Shown here one piece after another: positions 28,244 to 36,429 of a stretch of DNA of 36,987 nt; within the stretch, counting starts at the first letter, position 1, and every line of letters begins with the position of its first letter. Origin of the DNA: Candidatus Jorgensenbacteria bacterium RIFCSPHIGHO2_02_FULL_45_20. GTDB lineage: Bacteria > Patescibacteriota > Minisyncoccia > UBA6257 > GWB1-50-10. Under the pieces are notes generated by a model that did no database searches, was not told the origin of the DNA, and saw only the letters and a list, made by a program, of their open reading frames with translations. The DNA lies in assembly GCA_001779535.1 (NCBI GenBank), contig MFKJ01000010.1:1-36987 (forward strand), given 5' to 3'. Position numbers and translations under genes: made by a program.

Positions 28244-28894
28244 TTATACCTCAACTCGACCGATTATTTTTTCTATCCTCGATCTCGATATACCGCCAGC
28301 GCGAATTATTTTCGGCGGCTGTCCGGTAAAATCAATCACGGTTGACGGAACTCCGACTTTTGACTTCCCGCCGTCTAAAACAAGCGGGACTTTTCCGTTC
28401 AACTCTTTTACAACCGACAAAGCGGAGGTTGCTTCCTTGTTACTGCCGGATATGTTTGCCGAAGTCGCCGCAATCGGCCCTCCAAACTCTTTTATCAGGG
28501 CGCGCGCGATTTTTGAGTCCGGCATCCTTATTCCTATCGTATTTTTCCCGCCCGTCAAAATATCGGAAAATTCTTTTTTCTTTTTTAAAATCACCGTCAA
28601 CGCCCCGGGGAAAAATTCATCAATGAGAACCCTCGCGCTTTTTGGTATCGTAACCGCGATTCTTTTAACATCACTATCGTTACAGACAAGAATACTCACG
28701 GGTTTGTCCGCGCGCCTGTTTTTAGCGCGAAAAAGTTTTCGAACCGCCCGCGCGTTAAACGGGTCGGCTCCTAACCCGTAAACGGTCTCTGTCGGAAAAG
28801 CGACAATTTCCCCGCGCCTCATAATATCCGCCGCCAATTTTATTATTTTCCTTTCCGGATTTTTTGGATTTACTTTTATTATTTCGGTTAACAT
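28244..28894 (-). CDS. tsaC: L-threonylcarbamoyladenylate synthase (TsaC/Sua5, YrdC domain only)
   Basis: AFPTETVYGLG, AKNR, PGALTVIL, IGIRMP, TSANISG and PSTVID motifs. Confidence 0.95.
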   Translation of the reverse strand: MLTEIIKVNPKNPERKIIKLAADIMRRGEIVAFPTETVYGLGADPFNARAVRKLFRAKNRRADKPVSILVCNDSDVKRIAVTIPKSARVLIDEFFPGALTVILKKKKEFSDILTGGKNTIGIRMPDSKIARALIKEFGGPIAATSANISGSNKEATSALSVVKELNGKVPLVLDGGKSKVGVPSTVIDFTGQPPKIIRAGGISRSRIEKIIGRVEV

Positions 28895-28911
28895 GGACGA
28901 AGTAATTTACG

Positions 28912-29069
28912 ATTTTCAATTCGAAGTTTTTAATGAATGTTTAATGAGGAGAAAATAAAATCAAAACAATGATTAATTATTATTATACTCTGTCTTTGAA
29001 ATTATATGTTTTTTCTCCCTTTGCGTTCGTTTTGGTTATGGATTCATTAAAAATTGAAAATTTCAAATT
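28912..29069. repeat. Family C element with imperfect terminal inverted repeats
   Basis: Left end ATTTTCAATTCGAAGTTTTTAATGAAT; right end ATTCATTAAAAATTGAAAATTTCAAATT. Confidence 0.82.
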
Positions 29070-29073
29070 ATTT

Positions 29074-30783
29074 CTATGCCGTTTCTCTCGCGTAACATCC
29101 GTTGCAATAAATTATCGGAGCGTTTTTTTCCGTGAGTGTCGTTTTGAAAGAAACCCCGCATTTCGCGCATTTTCTTTCGACTGTCTGGCAATAATTTATA
29201 TCCTCAATCCATCTGTGGACTTTTTCCATAATTCTGCACATCGGGCACTCGCGGGGAATAGGCAAATTCATTTTTTTTAAAAACGATAGTTCCGTCTCAA
29301 TAATCCTGTATCCTTTGCCGCAAGCCGAACATTCTATGACTTCTTTCAAGATTGATTCTCCCGTGTCTTTTATATGGTCGGGCAACTCATTCGCCTTTTT
29401 TGTTATATCGTATGTTCTTTTCTCTTTTTCTGTCCATATAAATCCTTCTTTTTCCGCCGCCTCTTTTGTCTTCGGGAAAAACAAACTCGCGAATGAATCG
29501 TTATACGGGAAACCGGTGAATTCGGGCGGGAAAAGCTCCCCGTATTTATAAACATTTCCCTTTTTGTCGGTGTATGGCATATCGTCCATATACTTTATTA
29601 TCTTCTCTCTTAAAAAACGGTATTCGCTCTCGCTGTACCTCTTATTCAGAACGCAAAACTCCCCTTTCTTCACGGACACGCATCCAAAATGATTTTTTCC
29701 TCCGGTTGACGCCCGGCAATATTCGGCGCTTATTAGATTTATTCCAGATTCATCACAAAATTTTATATCAGAGACATTTTCCCCAATATTAACCGAATCA
29801 CAACACCTCGCCATATTATTCCCCCAGCTTGCTATGTCGTAAGAATCTTTTGTCGGATTGTCCGCTATAAGAAACAAATATTTACCGTCTTCCGCAAAAG
29901 ACGTTTCAAAACATTCTTTTATGTTTTTTGAATTGAAAATATAATTTCCCGTCGAATTGACGCAAAACTTATCATAAATTCCCTTGTAAAAACTTTTTGC
30001 GTTGCAACTACGCGCTTTTTTCTTTATTTCTTGATATTTTGAATAAGAACCGATATCTATTTCGCTTATTTTTCTGAAATATTCTTCTTTCGACAATTGT
30101 TCATCAAAATAGACGTATTTTTTGTTTTTTATGTTTGTTGACGCGAAACAGTTTTGACACCCAGAAATATCACGGGAGAAAAAACATTCAAGGGATTCTG
30201 TTGCGTGGTCGGTTCCAACGCATCTATTACTCTGAAATGTATGAATGGAATCATAACAAAGTTCAGAATCGGCGGTTAAGGAACAATCGAAAATGTCTTT
30301 ATTCCCTATGCTATAAAAACCATAAGAGCAATTTTCTCCCCTGTCGCCGTGAAAAATCAGATAGCAGTTTTTCAAGTTACCTGTATGGTTTGTATATGGA
30401 GAACTTTTTGTTGTAGGAATATCTATTGACAAAGATATAATCGGGACATTGTGCAAAAGTTCATTGAACTGCTCAAAAAATGGTCTTGAGAAATCGTAAC
30501 CCCGCCCGTATTCAAACGCATCCCAATTATCGCTCCACCAGCATTTCGGACAATACACTTTATACGGCGCATCCGGAGAATATCGCGAAATCACGCTTTT
30601 CTTACATAAATCGCAATCGCGTTTATAAAGATTGAAAAAATTCAAAAACGACAATCTTCTCTCAAGCCGGCATCTCGGACAAAACGTCGGCAGCGGCACT
30701 TCTATCTTCCTATAGAAATCAAAGTCCTCGCTTTCTATCGTGTAGTTTTGCTTGCAATTCTGACACTGTTTTGATTCTTGCAT
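29074..30783 (-). CDS. Large Cys-rich hypothetical protein with terminal CxxC clusters and central short repeats
   Basis: CQNC, CPRC, CDLC and CPKC at the N-terminus; CSAC, CPMC, CAKC and CNGC at the C-terminus; periodic Cys/Asn/Ser in the middle. Confidence 0.85.
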   Translation of the reverse strand: MQESKQCQNCKQNYTIESEDFDFYRKIEVPLPTFCPRCRLERRLSFLNFFNLYKRDCDLCKKSVISRYSPDAPYKVYCPKCWWSDNWDAFEYGRGYDFSRPFFEQFNELLHNVPIISLSIDIPTTKSSPYTNHTGNLKNCYLIFHGDRGENCSYGFYSIGNKDIFDCSLTADSELCYDSIHTFQSNRCVGTDHATESLECFFSRDISGCQNCFASTNIKNKKYVYFDEQLSKEEYFRKISEIDIGSYSKYQEIKKKARSCNAKSFYKGIYDKFCVNSTGNYIFNSKNIKECFETSFAEDGKYLFLIADNPTKDSYDIASWGNNMARCCDSVNIGENVSDIKFCDESGINLISAEYCRASTGGKNHFGCVSVKKGEFCVLNKRYSESEYRFLREKIIKYMDDMPYTDKKGNVYKYGELFPPEFTGFPYNDSFASLFFPKTKEAAEKEGFIWTEKEKRTYDITKKANELPDHIKDTGESILKEVIECSACGKGYRIIETELSFLKKMNLPIPRECPMCRIMEKVHRWIEDINYCQTVERKCAKCGVSFKTTLTEKNAPIIYCNGCYARETA

Positions 30784-30843
30784 ATTGCCTGTATAGATGG
30801 CTTTGACGCTGATTTTAACGGATTTACGCGGACAAATTCGGTT

Positions 30844-31113
30844 TCAAGTTCTAAATCCTAATCTCTAAACTCTAAACAATATCAATACCCAAAATTCAAA
30901 ATATAAAACATTTTGCCTACCGCACCGTGTCTTTAGTGCGGGTTTTGAATTTTGGATTTTGAACATTTGAATTTGTTTAGGATTTAGATATTAGGGTTTA
31001 GGATTTTATTTGGATTTGTTTAGTCCACCGGTCAGGCGGATTAGATATTAGGGTTTAGGATTTTATCTTGTGTGCAATACTTTCTACTTTACAAACTTTA
31101 TGGACTTTATACT
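30844..31113. repeat. Family A long inverted repeat with central GC hairpin, duplicated right arm with hairpin insert (31024-31040), and family D tract
   Basis: 30844-30908 is reverse-complementary to about 30943-31007; TTTAGGA/TTTAGAT/ATTAGGG heptamers. Confidence 0.88.
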
Positions 31114-32288
31114 ATTCCATATCTGCTTATTATACCCAAAAATTCACTCTTAAACTCTTTGTATTTTCCTTCCTTTATCGCCTTTCTTATCTTACACATA
31201 AGGTTATTAAAAAAGAAAACGTTGTGGATTGTGGCCAATTTCCCGGCGCGACGGTCTTTTAATTTGAACATTTTTCGCAGTTCCCCGCGCGATATTCGAG
31301 ACGAACACGCTTCGCACGAACATTCCATTTCGAGCGGCTCGGTTGAATTCACATATCCCGATTTTTTTAGATCTATTCTTCCATCACGAGTCCACAAAGC
31401 GCCGTGCCGCGCTTCGCGCGTAGGCACAACGCAGTCAAAGGTATCCACGCCCGCGTCCACCCCCTTAAACACATCCCTAACTGTCCCTATGCCGAGAAGA
31501 TGGCGCGGCTTCTGTTCGGGAAGCAAGTCGTTCACGGCCGCGACCATACCACCCATTCCGTTCTCGCCGAAAGAACCGCCTATGCCGAAACCATCAAACG
31601 GAAGCGAACCGATGAATTTTGCGCTCTCCGCGCGTAAATCGGAAAACACTCCGCCTTGCACTATTCCGTAAAGCATCTGGCTCGCGTTCGTCTTTTTTGA
31701 AAGGCAAACCTCCGCCCACCTGTGCGTACGATTCATCGCTTTTTTTGTGTATTCGTAATCGCTCCATGGAGAAGTGCACTCGTCAAACGCGAACATTATA
31801 TCCGCGCCGAGGCGTTCCTGGATTTTCATTGATTCCTCCGGTCCTAAAAAACGTTCGTCGCGACCATCCGTGAAAAACGCGCCATTTTCCGTAACGCGCA
31901 CAAGATTTTCTTGAGACGCGGCGGCTCGCGGAAAATCCGCAGTGCGCAAAATTCCCACCTTGCCGGTATTATGTTCCCTGCCGAACCCAAAGCTGAACAC
32001 CTGGAATCCGCCGCTGTCCGTCATAATAATGCTCCCTGGCATATCTATCCGCGCCGGCAATCCTTCAAACGAATTAAGTGAATCACCAAGCTCGCGCCAC
32101 AAGTGATACGTGTTCGCTATAATAAGCCGCGTTCCCGCGCGTTCCGCTTCACGCGCGTCAATACACCGCACCTCGGCGTTCGTGCCAACAATCGCGTAAG
32201 CCGGCGTCTCAAGTTTTTTGCCGGATTTAGTTTCCAAAACACCCGCGCGGGCGCGCGAATCGCTGTCTTTGTGCGTTATACAAAACAT
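31107..32288 (-). CDS. tgt: tRNA-guanine transglycosylase
   Basis: ANTYHL, TDSGGFQVFS, DECT, GIVQGG, PRHLLGIG, DCVVPTR and Zn site CSCEAC…HN. Confidence 0.96.
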   Translation of the reverse strand: MFCITHKDSDSRARAGVLETKSGKKLETPAYAIVGTNAEVRCIDAREAERAGTRLIIANTYHLWRELGDSLNSFEGLPARIDMPGSIIMTDSGGFQVFSFGFGREHNTGKVGILRTADFPRAAASQENLVRVTENGAFFTDGRDERFLGPEESMKIQERLGADIMFAFDECTSPWSDYEYTKKAMNRTHRWAEVCLSKKTNASQMLYGIVQGGVFSDLRAESAKFIGSLPFDGFGIGGSFGENGMGGMVAAVNDLLPEQKPRHLLGIGTVRDVFKGVDAGVDTFDCVVPTREARHGALWTRDGRIDLKKSGYVNSTEPLEMECSCEACSSRISRGELRKMFKLKDRRAGKLATIHNVFFFNNLMCKIRKAIKEGKYKEFKSEFLGIISRYGIV

Positions 32289-32295
32289 CCTCGTC

Positions 32296-33312
32296 TCACG
32301 CCTTTTCGGAAAGCGATGAATCGTACGCTCCGAGAAGCGCGAAGAAAAAACTTAAAACAATCGGGCCGAAAATAAATCCGAGAGGACCGAAAAATTCAAG
32401 GCCTCCTAAAACGCTCAAAAGTACGAGAAAAGGATGCACGCGCACGCCTTTCTCCAGAAGGAGCGGTCGCAAAACATTGTCTATCGAACCAACGACAAAA
32501 ACCCCCCAAAGAACAAGAGCTAAAGCCAAAATAGGAGCGCTTCCGACTGCCACATAAATGGCGGCGGGGAGAATGATGATTATAGTTCCTAAAACCGGAA
32601 TGAGCGCGGCAAAAATCGCGACGAATCCCCAAAGCGCGGGATTAGGCACGCCAAAAATCCAGAACCCAATCCCGGCGGCAATTCCCTGGCAAACCGCCGT
32701 GATAAGAGTTCCTTTCACTACCGCTCTCGCGGCAATTGTGAGCTTGCCGGCTATTTCTCTCCCGTATTTTTCATCAAAAGGAAGATGTGAACGAATAACC
32801 CGCTTGATTCTGTCAGCGTCCCGCAAAAAGAAAAACATTGCCAAAAAACTTATCACAAGCTCGGTGAGCGCCTGCGTTACGCCGGAGAAAATACTTCCTA
32901 AATTCTGCACGAGCCACAATGCCGCCTTCCGCGCGTAATCAGAAATGTCGAAAAACACATTGGGAGCAATACGGCTTATGTTTTTCTGAATAAACAAAAT
33001 CGCCTCGCTGTTTTCCTGCCCGCTCGAAAGAGCCGTATAAAGATTATGCCCTTCTACAAACGCCTTTGTGCCGAAAAACGCAAGAGGTATAAGTATGACC
33101 AAAAAAACTATGAGCGCGGAAACAATGGCGGCAATGCTTTTTCTGCCGCCGAATAGCTTCGCGAGTTTTCTATGAAACGGTTCGAAAACCACCGCGAATA
33201 CAGCCGCGAGGGCAAGTGAATATAAAAACGGGCGAAGCACAAAAAATGCCAAAATCCCCGCGGCGGCTATAGAGAAAGAAAAAAATATGGTCTGTATCCT
33301 TTTGGTATCCAT
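32296..33312 (-). CDS. AI-2E (PerM) family transporter
   Basis: Multi-TM; IPVLG, DNVLRP and HPFLVLLSVLGG…FGPLGFIFGP motifs. Confidence 0.9.
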   Translation of the reverse strand: MDTKRIQTIFFSFSIAAAGILAFFVLRPFLYSLALAAVFAVVFEPFHRKLAKLFGGRKSIAAIVSALIVFLVILIPLAFFGTKAFVEGHNLYTALSSGQENSEAILFIQKNISRIAPNVFFDISDYARKAALWLVQNLGSIFSGVTQALTELVISFLAMFFFLRDADRIKRVIRSHLPFDEKYGREIAGKLTIAARAVVKGTLITAVCQGIAAGIGFWIFGVPNPALWGFVAIFAALIPVLGTIIIILPAAIYVAVGSAPILALALVLWGVFVVGSIDNVLRPLLLEKGVRVHPFLVLLSVLGGLEFFGPLGFIFGPIVLSFFFALLGAYDSSLSEKA

Positions 33313-33323
33313 ATATTGTTATT

Positions 33324-34070
33324 TTACTCGTATTTTCCGGCAGCGTTTCTGTATCCGCAATATTCGCATCTCGGGGAAGCAGAAGGCAAAACATCGGTTT
33401 TAAGACACTCGGCGATTTCAAACAGTTTGCCCTCCACCCACGAATCGTTTCCTTTATACGACAACAACTGAACTTTAAATTCAAGTTTCCCGTCAAACGC
33501 TTCCTTGTCCTTGTCTCCGTTCGCGTAGACGAAATAGCCGGTGTCCGAAACCGCGAAGCCATTCCTGCGCAAAAGCCACTGGTAAATTTCCATCTGGCGC
33601 TTGTACGACCCTCTGTATTCAACGTCCAAAGTTATTTCCGCGTTCGTGGATGTGGCTTTGTAATCAACTACTATAAGCTCTCCCGCGGGATTAACCCAAA
33701 CATCATCAACGGCTCCAGTTACTATAAAATTGGTTTTCGGGTGATAATATTGCACGCCCTTAAAATTTTCGCGCCATTCGTTAATCATACCGTGATTAAA
33801 CGGAACGGCATCGAGTCCATACGCTTCCATAAGCGGATGTCTCGTGCCGCGCATTCTGTGAATATCGAATTCTTTTTTCAAAAGAGTATCAACCGCGGAA
33901 TTCAGAGTGAATGGAAATCCGGGCGGCCTGCCTACGCCGAATTTTCTATCGAGATAAAAACACCTCACGCATTCGGAGAACAACTCTATTTTCGAGCGGC
34001 TGACTCTGAACGGCTCCGGACTCTTGGAATCATATAAATTTCTGAAACGCTGTCCTATAATCGGCGTCAT
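33324..34070 (-). CDS. PD-(D/E)XK nuclease, RecB/Cas4-like, stand-alone
   Basis: SRSKI…CVRCFY, GAVDD, VDYKAT, QMEIY and CEYC motifs. Confidence 0.85.
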   Translation of the reverse strand: MTPIIGQRFRNLYDSKSPEPFRVSRSKIELFSECVRCFYLDRKFGVGRPPGFPFTLNSAVDTLLKKEFDIHRMRGTRHPLMEAYGLDAVPFNHGMINEWRENFKGVQYYHPKTNFIVTGAVDDVWVNPAGELIVVDYKATSTNAEITLDVEYRGSYKRQMEIYQWLLRRNGFAVSDTGYFVYANGDKDKEAFDGKLEFKVQLLSYKGNDSWVEGKLFEIAECLKTDVLPSASPRCEYCGYRNAAGKYE

Positions 34071-34996
34071 CGTTTTATTTCAGGCAAAGCCGGCGAAAGT
34101 GGCGGATAAAGGTCTTTATCTATTGTCTTGTCAAAACAAACTTCGCCGGAGTCATGTTCCCAAAAATCACCCCCTCCATACATCGGCTTCGAGACGCCGC
34201 CACTTGTTTCCGAACTTGGCAAAACAAAATTCGCGCACAAAGTAAACGAATTGTCTCCGGTTGTTTCATACGCGTATTCCTCGTTCGTTGAAGGGTCTTT
34301 AGGAACGGAAAATCCCCTGATTGAATCGCTCACATCCGAAAGTGAGTTAGGAAGCGTTTCTTTTCTCTGCCAATAATAAATTATTTCCGACTGGATGGTC
34401 TGAAGGTCGGATATTCTCCTTTCGTCCGACTTGCGAGCGCGTTCTTTCGCGGGGGAACCGACAAGTATAAATCCCGTAACTATCGAAGCAAGCGCGATCG
34501 CCGAAACAAAATATACTAACACTTTCATCGCGGGAGTAAATTCCGCGCTCTTAAGTTCCCATATATAATATCTGAACACCGCTCCGGCAGTGAAGAAAAC
34601 CGCAAGCACCTTGAATATAAATCTGGCGGTCAAGTCCCCTTCAAGGAAGTTATTCAACAGAGCGACAACATCGCCCAAAATCACAAGCGCGGCTATAAAC
34701 AGCGCGAAGTATAAAAGCCACTTCCTTATCGGAAGCGAGCGTTTTTCGGGATTCTCGGCGTATTCCTTGCGGAACGAACGCATCACAAAAACAAAAACCG
34801 GAAACGCGACCACAAGAAAAGAAATTCCCCATCGCACGCCGGAATACGCGCTCTGCGAAGAATAATACCCGTCAAGCGAATTCGGAAAAAATATGTTTAC
34901 GCACTGAAAAACTATCGTGAGAAAACTTATAGCGCTCGCTATAAGCGCTATGATGCCGACAAGATGCAAAAAAATATCCTTGGGTGATGTTTTCAT
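34067..34996 (-). CDS. DUF5671-like membrane protein
   Basis: About five TM helices; IRKWLLY, FLEGDLTARF, GSP…R…DERRISDL and PKDP…Y…F.LCA.F motifs. Confidence 0.7.
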   Translation of the reverse strand: MKTSPKDIFLHLVGIIALIASAISFLTIVFQCVNIFFPNSLDGYYSSQSAYSGVRWGISFLVVAFPVFVFVMRSFRKEYAENPEKRSLPIRKWLLYFALFIAALVILGDVVALLNNFLEGDLTARFIFKVLAVFFTAGAVFRYYIWELKSAEFTPAMKVLVYFVSAIALASIVTGFILVGSPAKERARKSDERRISDLQTIQSEIIYYWQRKETLPNSLSDVSDSIRGFSVPKDPSTNEEYAYETTGDNSFTLCANFVLPSSETSGGVSKPMYGGGDFWEHDSGEVCFDKTIDKDLYPPLSPALPEIKR

Positions 34997-35035
34997 AAAT
35001 ATAATTATACCGGAAAACCTCTCTTCCGCAAAATA

Positions 35036-35082
35036 TGTGTACGACGTCGTACGTCATACCATGACGTACGACGTCGTACACA
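35036..35082. repeat. Perfect 22-bp-arm palindrome whose arms are themselves palindromic
   Basis: TGTGTACGACGTCGTACGTCAT-acc-ATGACGTACGACGTCGTACACA. Confidence 0.92.
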
Positions 35083-35099
35083 GCAATCCTGTCTGCCAC

Positions 35100-35732
35100 T
35101 CACGCCTGATTCACTCCGCCGTGTCTTTTGTACAGGTTATGCTTTTCCACGAACGAGTCCACATAATCCCAATTAAGCGTCTTGAAGAAGGCCTCTACAT
35201 ACGCCTTCTTGTCCGTGCCATGGTCCATAAAAAAAGCGTGCTCGTACATATCCATCGCTATAATCGGTTCCGCGTCCCATATCGCGCCGACATTCTGCGC
35301 GTCCATTCCGTAATTATGCAGGCGGTTGTCCTTCCATTCGTACGCGAGCACCGCCCACCCGCGGGCCGACATCCCCGTGGCTGTAAAATCTTCCTTCCAC
35401 GCCTCGTACGAACCAAAATCCTTTTCAATCATCTCAAGAATCTTGCCTTTCGGTTTCCCATCTCCGCCCAAAAGCGGGAAATACGCTTCATGAAGTTTCA
35501 TCCCGTTCACCGCGAACGTCTCCTGTCTTTTGAGCTCCCCTATCTCGCTATAAACCGCGTTCGCCGCCGACTTGTCCGCTTCGTTTATCTTTTTCTGAAT
35601 CTCGTTCGTCTTTTTCACGTAGACATCGTAAAGCTTTTTGTGTTCCCTTACCGACTTCAAGCTTATTCCTTCCAAATCCCTATCGAGCTTGAGCGGCTCG
35701 ATTTCATACCCTTTGCTTATTTTATTCGACAT
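35100..35732 (-). CDS. Fe/Mn superoxide dismutase family protein
   Basis: EHKKLY, LHEAYF, DFGSY, GWAVL, DMYEHAF and LNW motifs. Start set at MSNKIS. Confidence 0.92.
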   Translation of the reverse strand: MSNKISKGYEIEPLKLDRDLEGISLKSVREHKKLYDVYVKKTNEIQKKINEADKSAANAVYSEIGELKRQETFAVNGMKLHEAYFPLLGGDGKPKGKILEMIEKDFGSYEAWKEDFTATGMSARGWAVLAYEWKDNRLHNYGMDAQNVGAIWDAEPIIAMDMYEHAFFMDHGTDKKAYVEAFFKTLNWDYVDSFVEKHNLYKRHGGVNQA

Positions 35733-35828
35733 ATATTTTTTATTTTTGACCTTTTTGCCGCGCCACAAAAAGCCCGGCAATCAGATACGCGGAATCAATT
35801 TTTAATTTAAAATGAATATCTGTTCTAC

Positions 35829-36416
35829 TCACTTACCCTTCCTCCCCATCTCTTCCACTACTTTGATTTGTTTCGCAAGCTTCTTCTCCTTCGCTTCTTT
35901 CATCCCTGTAAAAACGGACGCGCGCACGGGAGAAACGCCACAGAATTTGAGTATACCTTTTTTGACCGCTTTGAGTCCAGGAATTCCTAAAAACAAAAAC
36001 CAGTAATATGGGCGCGGAGCATCCATCGTCATTATGATTCGCGCGGAACGTCCGCTAAGAAGTTTTTCCTGAAACATACGTCCTTCGTGAAATTTGAATC
36101 CGAAGCCGGGTAAAATCGCTCTGTCAAAAAGCCCTATGAGTTTTGCCGGCGCGGAAGCCCACCATAGCGGGAAAACAAGAACGAAATGTTCCGCCCACTT
36201 CATATTCTCCTGAAAAGCGATAAGCGGCTGTTCAAGTTTCTGCACATCCTTATATCCGCGGCGCAGATTCGGTTCAAAATCCATTTTTTCAAGCGACATA
36301 AATCGCGTTTCGTGTCTGGCTTCAGCCGCTCTTTTTTCATACGCTCTCGCAAGGGCGCCGCAATAGCTTCCGTTGTCGGGATGCCCAAGAAGAATGAATA
36401 TTCTTTTTTTATCCAT
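35829..36416 (-). CDS. NAD(P)H-dependent oxidoreductase, flavodoxin-like fold
   Basis: LGHP…S, WAEHFVLVFPLWW…PAKLIGLFDR, LLSGRSARI and LKFCG motifs. Confidence 0.9.
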   Translation of the reverse strand: MDKKRIFILLGHPDNGSYCGALARAYEKRAAEARHETRFMSLEKMDFEPNLRRGYKDVQKLEQPLIAFQENMKWAEHFVLVFPLWWASAPAKLIGLFDRAILPGFGFKFHEGRMFQEKLLSGRSARIIMTMDAPRPYYWFLFLGIPGLKAVKKGILKFCGVSPVRASVFTGMKEAKEKKLAKQIKVVEEMGRKGK

Positions 36417-36429
36417 AAAACCGCACGGC

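Noticed and set aside
26205..29280. ORFs 26205-26504 and 28969-29280 sharing FVLVMDSLKIENFKL
   Set aside because: The shared peptide is just the translation of the 45-nt family C DNA repeat, and both ORFs run antisense into real genes.
30940..31064. Repeats as a CRISPR array
   Set aside because: There is no constant repeat with unique spacers; the units are degenerate heptamers, and no cas1/cas2 is present.
33324..34070. Calling the nuclease cas4 of a CRISPR or casposon system
   Set aside because: No array, cas1 or polymerase nearby, and the Cys pattern differs.
34917..35810. 297-aa plus-strand ORF
   Set aside because: Antisense shadow of SOD that runs through the palindrome; no recognisable motifs.
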